Positions 1 through 8,372 of a stretch of DNA of 24,000 bases are shown in pieces. The DNA is from Chloroflexia bacterium (lineage in GTDB: Bacteria; Chloroflexota; Chloroflexia; Chloroheliales; Chloroheliaceae). Within the stretch, counting starts at the first letter, position 1. Each line of letters starts with the position of its first letter. The stretch is from the NCBI GenBank assembly GCA_038245615.1, contig JBBRSG010000081.1, positions 1,069 through 25,068 of the forward strand, read 5' to 3'. The notes beneath the pieces are model-generated. The model did not search any database and was not told the origin of the DNA. It saw only the letters and a list, made by a program, of their open reading frames with translations. Made by a program: the position numbers and the translations under genes.

Positions 1-1
1 C

Positions 2-571
2 TATCTCTTGTCCAAAAAGCTGAAAGAAGGTCAGTCGGTAACGACGGCCTGGACTGCCAAAGGCCAAGTCGAGCAAACCGGCTTCAAGGACGACCCGGCG
101 ACCAAAATTGCTACCACCCAAAATGGGCTGGGTATTCCCCAGGCCTTTTGGGAGTTTTTGAACCGCAAGGGCAAGATTTTCGCCGACTTTAAATTTGGCG
201 AGGCACAAGTGAGCGACTGGATTTTTAGCACCGGTTTCCCGATTACCGAGGCTTACTGGACTAAAGTAAAAGTCGGCGGGGTAGAGAAAGATGTCTTGTT
301 CCAGGCTTTTGAGCGCCGCACCCTAACTTATACTCCCACCAATCCCGCCGAATACCGGGTAGAAATGGGCAATGTCGGCCTGCACTATCTGGCCTGGCGC
401 TATCCGAAAGGCTTGTCGAACACTTATACCCCCGCCCCGCTTACCCCGGCCCAAAGTCTGGCGGAAATATATGTCGAGCCGCCCACCAAAGCGCATTATA
501 GCGACGTTTTCAGCGAATACTCCGCCGGGCCAAAAAAGACCAATATCGTCAGGTCTTCCCGAATAGAATGA
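2..571 (+). CDS. Hypothetical protein, 5'-truncated at the window edge (C-terminal ~189 aa)
   Basis: The frame is open from base 2, so the TTG at 8 is probably internal. Stop at 569-571. Coding-like composition. I recognise the segment GFPITEAYW...FERRTLTYTP...VEMGNVGLHYLAWRY only as a recurrent uncharacterised motif. The last 76 nt overlap the convergent cupin gene. Confidence 0.55.
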   Translation, partial: YLLSKKLKEGQSVTTAWTAKGQVEQTGFKDDPATKIATTQNGLGIPQAFWEFLNRKGKIFADFKFGEAQVSDWIFSTGFPITEAYWTKVKVGGVEKDVLFQAFERRTLTYTPTNPAEYRVEMGNVGLHYLAWRYPKGLSNTYTPAPLTPAQSLAEIYVEPPTKAHYSDVFSEYSAGPKKTNIVRSSRIE

Positions 572-831
572 AAACGATGTTCGACTCCGGCCTCGACCAG
601 CACGATTGAGCCGGGTTTTACCTCGCGGTCTTCCGGGCCTACCCGAATTTGTCCGCGCCCGCTCACGATATAATAAACTTCATCTTCGGTGTGGGGCTGT
701 TGCCCGTCAACTCCATCTTGCGGCAAGCGATATACTCCGGCGCTCAAAAGCCCGGTGCGGACAAATTCCTGCCAGACCTTCCCGGCCTCTTGTTGGGCTT
801 CCGTAATCTCGCTAATCTCAAAGGCTTGCAT
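496..831 (-). CDS. Cupin-domain protein (cupin_2-like, 111 aa)
   Basis: Cupin motifs H-x-E-DE-VYYIVSG and GSIVLVEAGVEHRF. ATG at 831, with AGGAGG 4 nt upstream on the coding strand. Confidence 0.8.
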   Translation of the reverse strand: MQAFEISEITEAQQEAGKVWQEFVRTGLLSAGVYRLPQDGVDGQQPHTEDEVYYIVSGRGQIRVGPEDREVKPGSIVLVEAGVEHRFHSIREDLTILVFFGPAEYSLKTSL

Positions 832-846
832 AAATCCTCCTGGGAG

Positions 847-1005
847 AAAATCTAAAATCTAAAATCTAAAATCTAAAATCGAGGGGCGGGGGTCAGTAAT
901 ATAGTTTTGAGTTTTGAGTTTTGAGTTTTGAGGTAAAAGGCCAACTACCACCCGGATTTCTTCCGTCCTCCCTGCCTTTCCCTGACCACTGACCTTAGAT
1001 TTTAG
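847..1005. repeat. Intergenic repeat element copy A, with heptamer arrays and nested inverted symmetry
   Basis: (AAAATCT)x~4.9 at 847-880. GGGGGTCAGT at 888-897. (GTTTTGA)x4 at 904-931. GGCCAACTACC at ~940-950. CTGACCACTGACC at 982-994. TTAGATTTTAG at 995-1005, the reverse complement of the left array unit. The module order is shared with copies B, D and E. Confidence 0.85.
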
Positions 1006-1757
1006 ACCCCTGCCTGTCCGATAACAAAAAAATCGCGGGTTTGTCCGGCGCTGCTTTTGGGGAAAATGCGACCTAAGATGGCTTCCAATTCTTGAGGGCT
1101 ATAGCGAATTTTCAGGACATCATGAACCGAGCCGTCATTCAAAGGGCGTTTGGCGATTTCCTCTTTGGGTCTGCCGGATTGCAGGGCCGAGTCGAAAATC
1201 AATAGATTGCCGCCGGGTCGCATAATCCGCTTGACTTCGCTCAAAAACGGGTAAATCCGGTCAGTCGGAACGTGGCTGAACCAGAAGCCAAAGAAAACCA
1301 GGTCAAAACTGCTATCTGGGAAAGGTAGCTGGTAGGCATCGCCCCGCACAAAAAGGGTCTTTTCGAGGTTAGCCGGGTCGTCCTCTTCCAGGCGGGCGCG
1401 AGTTTCAGACAGCATGGCGGGCGAATAATCGTATGCCACTAATCGTCCGGTTTCCTGCAAGCCGTGGACGAAATAAGGAGTCCATTTGCCAGTCCCACAC
1501 GCCAAATCGAGCACCCGCATTTGGGGCGCACGGGCCAGCATCCCCCCAAAGCGGGCGGCTTCGCGGCCTAACTCTGCTACCTGAGCATGCCAGGCGGCAT
1601 TGGTCGCGGGATGGTTATAGCGCCCGCGTCGGTCATACCAATCGTCATATTCGGTGGCGCGGGCTTCGTAATATTGGTGCATCGAAAGGTCAATTTCGTT
1701 TTTAGCCATTTTCCTCAAGCTTTCCTGAAAGTGCCGCTTTCCTGAACTCATCAGCAA
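1002..1757 (-). CDS. Class I SAM-dependent methyltransferase
   Basis: Motif I VLDLACGTGKWT and post-I/III region MRPGGNLLIFD. The likelier start is the ATG at 1709 (MAKNEIDL...), preceded by GAGGAAA. The longest ORF starts at 1757. Confidence 0.85.
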   Translation of the reverse strand: MLMSSGKRHFQESLRKMAKNEIDLSMHQYYEARATEYDDWYDRRGRYNHPATNAAWHAQVAELGREAARFGGMLARAPQMRVLDLACGTGKWTPYFVHGLQETGRLVAYDYSPAMLSETRARLEEDDPANLEKTLFVRGDAYQLPFPDSSFDLVFFGFWFSHVPTDRIYPFLSEVKRIMRPGGNLLIFDSALQSGRPKEEIAKRPLNDGSVHDVLKIRYSPQELEAILGRIFPKSSAGQTRDFFVIGQAGV

Positions 1758-1848
1758 TTCATTTACAATTGTAACCTATTGCGGCGTATGCTACCATTGG
1801 CAATATTGATTAGTATTGAGGGCAAGCGGCTTGAATTGATGTGGGAAG

Positions 1849-2292
1849 ATGTTTGCACTATTTGACGGTCTAATAATTTTGGGCTATATCGCGGCCCTGG
1901 GTCTATCTTTAACCTTGATAGTCCGGCTGGTGCGGCGCGACAAAGACCTTGAGCCGGAATTTGACGGCTTCTATTTTTTGCGCTGGTCATTTGGGTGTGC
2001 CATCCTGGGTCAGACCGGTTTGATAGTTTTGCTGTGTATAATTTTCTGGAATCGACAGGCATTGGCGGTGGGCTTTACCGCCTTGTTGGGATTTCCGGGC
2101 TGGTTTGTAGCTTCGGGCGGAATGCAACAGGGTTTTTTCCGGCGCTACAATCGGATAGTCAATATTATACGCCGTCTGGAGCTGCTCGGCCCGGCGGAAC
2201 GGATAGCCTTGCTAGAGAGTTTACCGCCCAAAATCCTGGCCCAACTCCCCGGCGATTACCGAATTGTAAGTTGGGAAGAGAATAAGCGGTAA
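1849..2292 (+). CDS. Hypothetical small membrane protein (about 3 TM helices plus a basic soluble tail)
   Basis: 147-aa ORF with three hydrophobic segments. No family recognised. Lies 119 nt upstream of the histidine kinase gene. Confidence 0.55.
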   Translation: MFALFDGLIILGYIAALGLSLTLIVRLVRRDKDLEPEFDGFYFLRWSFGCAILGQTGLIVLLCIIFWNRQALAVGFTALLGFPGWFVASGGMQQGFFRRYNRIVNIIRRLELLGPAERIALLESLPPKILAQLPGDYRIVSWEENKR

Positions 2293-2411
2293 GCTAAGTA
2301 ATTTCTTATTCTGCAAGAGCAGTTGATTGCACATGTTATAATATTTAGGATTGCTCTCGCCTGGGCAACCGTTTCACTATCAGGTTTTGCCAGCTATACT
2401 CAGGAGCTAGT

Positions 2412-4265
2412 ATGAATTGGGACAGTCTCTTAGCCGTATCACCACTCATTCTCACTGCTTTGATTCCCCTTTGTCTGGCAGTTTATGTCTGGCAACGGCG
2501 CCAGGTTCGGGCGGCAATGCCTCTCCTTTTCTTTTTAATTGCGGTTACTTTTTGGCTACTGGTCTACGCCCTGCAATTATTGAGCAACGATTTCAACCCA
2601 AAAATTTTCTTCTGGAATGTTAAATCCTTTGGGATTTTTAGTATCCCGCCGATTTGGTTAGTCTTTGTAATATATTATACCGGCTACGAACGCTGGATGA
2701 CCCGACGCAATCTAATTCTATTGCTGATTCACCCAATTGCAACTGAAATTTTGCTTTGGACAAATCATTTGCATAGCCTGATGCTGGTCAATCCGGTAAT
2801 TGAGTACCGAAGCAGCGGCCTTAATACCCTCGAATTTGATTACGGTAGCTGGTATTTATTCACGACGGTTTATCTTTATATCTTGTTGTTAGCCGGAACG
2901 GTTTTGCTGATTTATTTTTTGCTGCACTCACCAGGATTGTACCGCGACCAGGTGGCGGCTTTGTTGGTAGCTTCTTTTGTCCCCTGGGTGGCTAATGTCC
3001 TCGATATTCTAAAGGTATATGGCCCTTTGGGGATGGCTATCACCCCTTTCAGTTTTGCGATAACCTGCGTTGCCCTGGCCTGGGCCATCTTTCGCTTTCG
3101 CATGTTCGATGTTATCCCGGTGGCCTATGAGGCGGTAGTTAAGAGTATGCCGGATGCAGTTTTTGTGCTAAATATGCAATCTGAAATTGTAAATTTGAAC
3201 CCGGCAGGGCTGAATATTTTGGGCCGCAAAGCCGAGCAAATAATTGGCTATCCGGCCCAGCAGGTTCTACCCGAAAAATGGCTGGCCCTGGCAAAACGCT
3301 ATCATGGAGTTAATAGCGCCCAGGATGAATTTGAAATGTGCGAAGGCGAGCTTTTTCAGACTTATGATCTGCGAATTTCAAGCCTTCATGACCGCAAGGG
3401 CCATCAGACCGGGCGTTTGATTGTGTTGCGAAACATCACCGAGCGCAAAAAAGTCGAAGCCGAGTTGCAAAAAGCCAAAGATACGGCAGAATCGGCTAAT
3501 GTTGCCAAAAGTGCTTTTTTGGCGAATATGAGCCACGAATTGCGGACTCCCCTTAACGCCATTATCGGCTATAGCGAAATGTTGCAGGAAGAAGCTGCCG
3601 ACCAGGGTCAGAGTACTTTTGTGCCAGACCTCCAGAAAATTAGCGGGTCGGGCCGTCATCTCCTGACCTTGATAAACGATATTCTCGACCTCTCAAAGAT
3701 TGAAGCTGGTAAAATGGAACTTGATTTGCAAGCTTTCGCCCTTAGCGAACTGGTGCAGGAAGTGGCCCATACAATTCAGCCGATGGTCCTCAAGAAAAAT
3801 AACATCCTTAAAATTCTATCTCAGCCTGACCTGGGTTTGATGTATTCCGACCCTGGCAAAGTGCGTCAAAATTTACTAAATCTGCTTAGTAACGCTTGCA
3901 AGTTTACCGAAAATGGCACAATTAGCCTGGAAGTAGTCCGGCAGTCGCCCGCCTCGATTGTTTTCCGGGTTACTGATACTGGTATCGGGATGAGTCCGGT
4001 GCAGATAAACAAGCTATTCCAGCCTTTCACCCAGGCTGATAGCTCGACTACTCGGCGTTTTGGGGGGACTGGATTGGGTCTGACTATCACCCGCAGTTTT
4101 TGCCAGATGCTGGGGGGCGAAGTGTCAGTCGAAAGTGAAGTGGGCAAAGGCTCAACTTTTACAATGATGCTGCCCAACCGAACCCGCGAGGTTGAAGCCG
4201 AACCGCTATTTGAAGACATGGGAGAACCTCAACGCTCGCCCGCCTTACAAGAAATTATCGCCTAA
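2412..4265 (+). CDS. Sensor histidine kinase: N-terminal 7TM domain, PAS, HisKA, HATPase_c
   Basis: Seven hydrophobic segments in the first ~230 aa. H-box [16 protein letters not shown]-box [11 protein letters not shown]1 DTGIGM, G2 [14 protein letters not shown] lies 5 nt before the ATG. Confidence 0.93.
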   Translation: MNWDSLLAVSPLILTALIPLCLAVYVWQRRQVRAAMPLLFFLIAVTFWLLVYALQLLSNDFNPKIFFWNVKSFGIFSIPPIWLVFVIYYTGYERWMTRRNLILLLIHPIATEILLWTNHLHSLMLVNPVIEYRSSGLNTLEFDYGSWYLFTTVYLYILLLAGTVLLIYFLLHSPGLYRDQVAALLVASFVPWVANVLDILKVYGPLGMAITPFSFAITCVALAWAIFRFRMFDVIPVAYEAVVKSMPDAVFVLNMQSEIVNLNPAGLNILGRKAEQIIGYPAQQVLPEKWLALAKRYHGVNSAQDEFEMCEGELFQTYDLRISSLHDRKGHQTGRLIVLRNITERKKVEAELQKAKDTAESANVAKSAFLANMSHELRTPLNAIIGYSEMLQEEAADQGQSTFVPDLQKISGSGRHLLTLINDILDLSKIEAGKMELDLQAFALSELVQEVAHTIQPMVLKKNNILKILSQPDLGLMYSDPGKVRQNLLNLLSNACKFTENGTISLEVVRQSPASIVFRVTDTGIGMSPVQINKLFQPFTQADSSTTRRFGGTGLGLTITRSFCQMLGGEVSVESEVGKGSTFTMMLPNRTREVEAEPLFEDMGEPQRSPALQEIIA

Positions 4266-4512
4266 TAATTTTAAGAAAATAATCCGCGTATTAAATAACT
4301 CAAAATTAATATGCCCCGACCCTTACTCCCGCCTCCAACCATAAAGGTTGTGTGAAGAAACCCGGTTTTTTTTGTAGTGCAAAATACTTGTGATTTACTC
4401 CTTTGATGATATTTTGACCTTATCACTAATCTGGTTAAGCTTCCCAAAAACCTCACTTTTGTTTGGCTTTTGTAGATATTTCATGGGTAAAACCCTGTTA
4501 AGGAGGAAAGAA

Positions 4513-6243
4513 GTGCATCACTTGAGAGCGCAAAGCAAGCGCCTGCGGTTCGCGTGGGCGGTGGCCTTTTTACTTATGGCAAGTTTAGTAATGACGGCCT
4601 GTGGCGATACTGCTACCCCGACTGCTCCGGCGACTTCGGCAACCACCACCAATAATACGTCGGCAACTACTTCTGCCGCGACTTCGGCTGCCGCCGCTAC
4701 GACTGTAGCCGCCGCGACCAGTGGACATCCGGGGATTTATAAAGAAGCCTGGTACGGGCCAGACCCGGTGACGCTTGACCCGCAGGCCAGCCAACCGCCG
4801 GGCTTTACTACCAAGTATATGTATGGCAATCTGTATGTCGGCCTGACCGATTACGATGAGAAGGCCAATGTTATCCCCGGCCTTGCTAAAGAATGGAAGG
4901 CCAGCCCGGATAGCAAGGTTTGGACTTTTAGCCTGAACCCGGCGGCTAAATTCAGTAGCGGACGGCAGGTGACGGCGGCGGACGTAGCCTATACTTACGA
5001 GCGTTCGATTGACCCCAAGCTGAAAAATCCGCAAGCTCTGGCGGCAGTCGGCGACATCGCGGGCGCTAACGAGAAATTTGCAGGTAAGGCCGAAAACATT
5101 AGCGGCCTCAAGGTGATTGACCCGGCCACGATTGAATTTACCCTGACTTTGCCGACTCCGTTCTTCCCCAGCAAGCTGGCGATTACCAATGCCTATATTT
5201 TGGATAAAGACATTGTGGAGAGTGGCCCGAAATGGTGGGAAACCAAAAGCGCCGGAGCTGGGCCGTTTCAGTTGGGCGAATGGCAACACAATCAGAAAAT
5301 CGTCATGACCCCTAACCCTGGCTGGTATGGGCCAAAAGTCAAGCTGACGCGGGTGGAATACATTATGGTTGGCGACCAAACCAACCGCCTGAATACCTTC
5401 GAGAGCGGACAGACCGATGCTCATTGGTCGCTCCTGACGGCGGAGATTGACCGCATCAGCAAGGATAAAGGCGAATTGGGCAAAACTTTGGTGGTTGTGC
5501 CGGAAGCCCTGGGCTATACCTTCGGGCTTTCGATGAACTCGGCGGGCTACGAGCCGTTCAAAGATGTTAAAGTTCGCAAGGCGGTTTCGATGGCGCTCGA
5601 CGCGGCGGCGATTAACGATACGGCCTTTAATGGGGCGGGTATCCAGGCCACCGGGATTGTCTCTAATGGGATGCCTGGCTTCAAGCCCAATCAGACGAAG
5701 CTGAAATATGATGCTGCCGCCGCCAAGCAATTGCTCAAAGAGGCTGGTTTTGAAGATGGCTCGAAGATGCCGGAATTAACCCTGACTCAGGTCGGGTCTG
5801 GCCCGGACGTGGCGGGCTTTATCCAGTTCGCCCAGGAAGCTCTCAAGACCAATCTGGGTATGAACGTCAAAATTCAGGTGGTAGACCAGGCTCAGTTCGT
5901 GGGGCTACTGCGGCAGGGCAAGGTCGCGGCCTGGCTAAACCTGATGATTGCCAGCTATCCTGACCCGTATGCGGTGTTGTCCAACTTTAGCAGCAAGTCG
6001 CCCTTCAATTACTACGGCTATAATAATGCCGAAGTGGACGGCCTGTTGTTCAAGGCACTTGGCACTCAGGACAACGCGGCGCGTTACGCCATTTATCAGG
6101 ATATCGAAACCAAATTGCTGGATGATGCGGCCATGATGCCGGTGATGTGGGGCAAATTGAGCTATCTCAAGCGGCCCTATGTCAGTGGCTATCGGGTCAA
6201 CGCCCTGGGCATTATGCCTTTCACCCAGATAGAGGTTAAGTAG
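4513..6243 (+). CDS. ABC transporter substrate-binding lipoprotein, family 5 (peptide/nickel, DppA/OppA-like)
   Basis: The tracked ORF starts at 4390. The GTG at 4513 has a perfect AGGAGG at 4501-4506 with a 6-nt spacer. Signal peptide with a basic n-region and lipobox-like VMTAC (Cys codon 4600-4602). A Thr/Ala/Ser-rich linker is followed by an SBP_bac_5-like body (YGPDPVTLDP..., GPFQLGEW...). Confidence 0.9.
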   Translation: MHHLRAQSKRLRFAWAVAFLLMASLVMTACGDTATPTAPATSATTTNNTSATTSAATSAAAATTVAAATSGHPGIYKEAWYGPDPVTLDPQASQPPGFTTKYMYGNLYVGLTDYDEKANVIPGLAKEWKASPDSKVWTFSLNPAAKFSSGRQVTAADVAYTYERSIDPKLKNPQALAAVGDIAGANEKFAGKAENISGLKVIDPATIEFTLTLPTPFFPSKLAITNAYILDKDIVESGPKWWETKSAGAGPFQLGEWQHNQKIVMTPNPGWYGPKVKLTRVEYIMVGDQTNRLNTFESGQTDAHWSLLTAEIDRISKDKGELGKTLVVVPEALGYTFGLSMNSAGYEPFKDVKVRKAVSMALDAAAINDTAFNGAGIQATGIVSNGMPGFKPNQTKLKYDAAAAKQLLKEAGFEDGSKMPELTLTQVGSGPDVAGFIQFAQEALKTNLGMNVKIQVVDQAQFVGLLRQGKVAAWLNLMIASYPDPYAVLSNFSSKSPFNYYGYNNAEVDGLLFKALGTQDNAARYAIYQDIETKLLDDAAMMPVMWGKLSYLKRPYVSGYRVNALGIMPFTQIEVK

Positions 6244-6258
6244 GACCCGAAAGAGATT

Positions 6259-7179
6259 ATGAGCTTTGTAGCCCGAAGATTGCTGGCAGTTGTCCCGATG
6301 CTGCTGGGAGTAATTATAATCACCTTTTTGGTGGGTCGCCTGGCACCGGGCGACCCTTTTCAGCAACTTTACGGTTATGGGGTGGACGAAGCTACTATCG
6401 CCGATTTGCGCCATCATTACGGGTTTGACCAGCCGCTTTTGCAACAACTCGTGATTTATCTTGGCAATCTGGCTCAGGGCGACCTGGGTATTTCGTTTAC
6501 CCGCGCTAATCGCCCGGTGAGTGAAATGATTTTGACCAGTGTTGGCCCGACCTTGATTGTCGGCGCACTTTCGATTACCCTGGCCTGTCTGATTGGAGTG
6601 CCGCTGGGAATGTGGTGCGCCTTGCGGCAGGGTCGCCCCGCCGACAAAATCATAACCGCTCTGGTCAGCTTTTTCGGGGCAATGCCGGGCTTTGTGCTGT
6701 CCTATTTTCTCATCTGGTTAGTCGCGGTAAATCTCAGGTGGCTGCCGCCGGGCGGTTGGGGCAAGCCGGAGCAAGTGATATTGCCGGTCATCGTGGCGGC
6801 CCTCAGTCCGGCGGCCTTTATTGCGCGGGTCGGACGGGCCTCAATGCTGGAAGTCTTGCGCCGGGAATATGTGACGGTAGCCCACGCCAAAGGTCTTGCA
6901 CCGGGTGCAGTCTTGCGGGGTCACGTCCTCAAAAACGGCTTTATCCCGATATTGACGGTCATTGGGCCGGTGGCAGGGCGCACTATCACCGGGTTGTTCT
7001 TTGTAGAGCGGATTTTTGGCGTGCCGGGGTTGGCTTCGCTAGTGGTCGAGGCAGTTCCAGCCCGTGATTACGCGGTAGTGCAAGCCTGCACTCTGTTCCT
7101 GGCCTTTATCTTTATTATGCTAAATTTGCTGGTAGACCTCGCTAATAGCTGGCTCGACCCGCGTATCAAAGCGGCCTAA
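6259..7179 (+). CDS. ABC transporter permease (DppB/OppB-like)
   Basis: 306 aa, N-terminal RRLL..IPMLLGVIIITFL-type segment, BPD_transp_1 region with EYVTVAHAKGL. Confidence 0.9.
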   Translation: MSFVARRLLAVVPMLLGVIIITFLVGRLAPGDPFQQLYGYGVDEATIADLRHHYGFDQPLLQQLVIYLGNLAQGDLGISFTRANRPVSEMILTSVGPTLIVGALSITLACLIGVPLGMWCALRQGRPADKIITALVSFFGAMPGFVLSYFLIWLVAVNLRWLPPGGWGKPEQVILPVIVAALSPAAFIARVGRASMLEVLRREYVTVAHAKGLAPGAVLRGHVLKNGFIPILTVIGPVAGRTITGLFFVERIFGVPGLASLVVEAVPARDYAVVQACTLFLAFIFIMLNLLVDLANSWLDPRIKAA

Positions 7180-7183
7180 TAGT

Positions 7184-7308
7184 GGGGTCAGAGGCTGGGG
7201 CATCGAAGGGTTGAGTTTTGAGTTTTGAATTGTAACAATTTAGCTCCAGGCGACTACCTAGCCCTCGATGGACGGGCTGAATGGTGCCTTAGATTTTCGA
7301 TTTTAGAC
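7184..7308. repeat. Intergenic repeat element copy B, between the two permease genes
   Basis: GGGGTCAG at 7184-7191. TTGAGTTTTGAGTTTTGA at 7211-7228. AATTGTAACAATT at 7228-7240. GGCGACTACC at ~7249-7258. CCTTAGATTTTCGATTTTAGAC at 7287-7308. Same module order as copy A. Confidence 0.75.
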
Positions 7309-7313
7309 AAGTT

Positions 7314-8234
7314 ATGGCAACAGTAGATAATCGCTCAAAAGCAAAAAACCAGATTCAGATGTACACCCGGCCTGATTTGCCGATAGTTCCGGCTGGGCCA
7401 GAATTACCGCCCAAAGCGCGGGTCAAAACCTGGTTCGGGCGCAAACGCGACCCGCTGGTAATCGCGAGCCTGATTTTTCTAGCAGGACTGGTTATTGTAG
7501 CGATATTTGCCGACCAACTTGCTCCCTATCGGCCCGATTTTCAGCAGCGTGGGCGGGGAGTAGCATGGCAAGACCCCTCGCCGGAACACTGGCTCGGTAC
7601 GGATAATCTGGGGCGCGACCTGTTGAGCCGCCTCATGCACGGGGCGCGGGTATCTTTGGCCCTGGCGGTTGGGGTCACGGCTTTGCAACTGACCGTCGGG
7701 ATTTTGCTGGGGTTGTTAGCCGGGTATTTTGGGGGCTGGTTCGATTTTTTGGTGATGCGGCTCGCCGATTTGCTCTATGCCTTTCCGGGGTTGCTTTTGA
7801 TAATTCTGGCGGTTAGTGTACTCGGCGGTGGCATCCTTACCGCTTTCGTGGTGCTGGCCTTGATTAGTTGGGCCGATATCTGCCGCCTGACCAGAGCGCA
7901 AGTTCAATCGCTCAAGGAGCGCGATTATGTATATGCCGCCCGTGCGTTGGGAGCATCCCATCTCCATATTATGCGGCGACATCTCTTCCCCAATTTCATT
8001 CGCCCGATTGCCGCGCTCGTGCCGTTGGGGATGGGATTGGTAGTCTTGAGCGAGGCCAGCCTGAGCTTTCTGGGATTGGGAGTTGTGCCGCCCGGTGCAA
8101 GCTGGGGCAACATGATTAGTGAAGTGGCGGTGCGTTTCAAGGTCAGCCCCTGGATGATTCTCGCCCCCAGCTTGAGCCTGGTTTTCACCGTCCTCACCCT
8201 GAACTATGTTTCGGATTGGTTATTAGATGAGTGA
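7314..8234 (+). CDS. ABC transporter permease (DppC/OppC-like)
   Basis: 306 aa. Contains the OppC_N-like HWLGTDNLGRDLLSRL motif and a BPD_transp_1 region with DYVYAARALGAS. No Shine-Dalgarno is visible. The ATG is preceded by GATTTTAGACAAGTT. Confidence 0.9.
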   Translation: MATVDNRSKAKNQIQMYTRPDLPIVPAGPELPPKARVKTWFGRKRDPLVIASLIFLAGLVIVAIFADQLAPYRPDFQQRGRGVAWQDPSPEHWLGTDNLGRDLLSRLMHGARVSLALAVGVTALQLTVGILLGLLAGYFGGWFDFLVMRLADLLYAFPGLLLIILAVSVLGGGILTAFVVLALISWADICRLTRAQVQSLKERDYVYAARALGASHLHIMRRHLFPNFIRPIAALVPLGMGLVVLSEASLSFLGLGVVPPGASWGNMISEVAVRFKVSPWMILAPSLSLVFTVLTLNYVSDWLLDE

Positions 8235-8241
8235 GATGCCG

Positions 8242-8266
8242 GAGGTCGGGGGTCAGGGGTCGGGAG
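8242..8266. repeat. GGTCRGG tandem (x3), a fragment resembling the left module of the repeat family
   Basis: GAGGTCGGGGGTCAGGGGTCGGGAG directly after the permease stop. Compare GGGGGTCAGT in copy A and GGGGTCAG in copy B. Confidence 0.5.
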
Positions 8267-8372
8267 ACGGGGAAATACTCTTCGTCCATCAAGTGAATTT
8301 TGATACTCAGGGCATTTGCACAAATAGGCTTTAGGGTGGTAACTATCGTGTTTTACCTCAAAAACAGTTGTG

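Noticed and set aside
847-931. The heptamer arrays (AAAATCT)n and (GTTTTGA)n as a CRISPR array.
   Set aside because: The units are 7 bp and directly tandem with no spacers. There are no cas genes in the window. The arrays are modules of the dispersed intergenic repeat.
1763-2062. 99-aa minus-strand ORF across the divergent promoter region and the start of the membrane-protein gene.
   Set aside because: It overlaps the plus-strand membrane-protein ORF and the promoter region. It has no start-site signals and no motif.
4266-4512. An intrinsic terminator after the histidine kinase gene (CAACCATAAAGGTTG and AAACCCGGTTTTTTTT).
   Set aside because: The stems are only ~5 bp, or have a loop too small to form. 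The T-run is suggestive, but the structure is too weak to call with confidence.
4585-5730. 381-aa minus-strand ORF.
   Set aside because: It lies entirely antisense to the well-supported SBP gene. It is Arg/Gly/Ser-rich and low-complexity with no recognisable motif or RBS. This is a typical shadow ORF.
5935-6447. 170-aa minus-strand ORF spanning the SBP/permease junction.
   Set aside because: It is antisense to two confidently called genes and has no motifs or RBS.
6612-7067. 151-aa plus-strand ORF in an alternative frame of the first permease gene.
   Set aside because: It is an out-of-frame overlap with a conserved permease, and its composition is Gly/Arg/Ala-rich, as expected for an off-frame translation.
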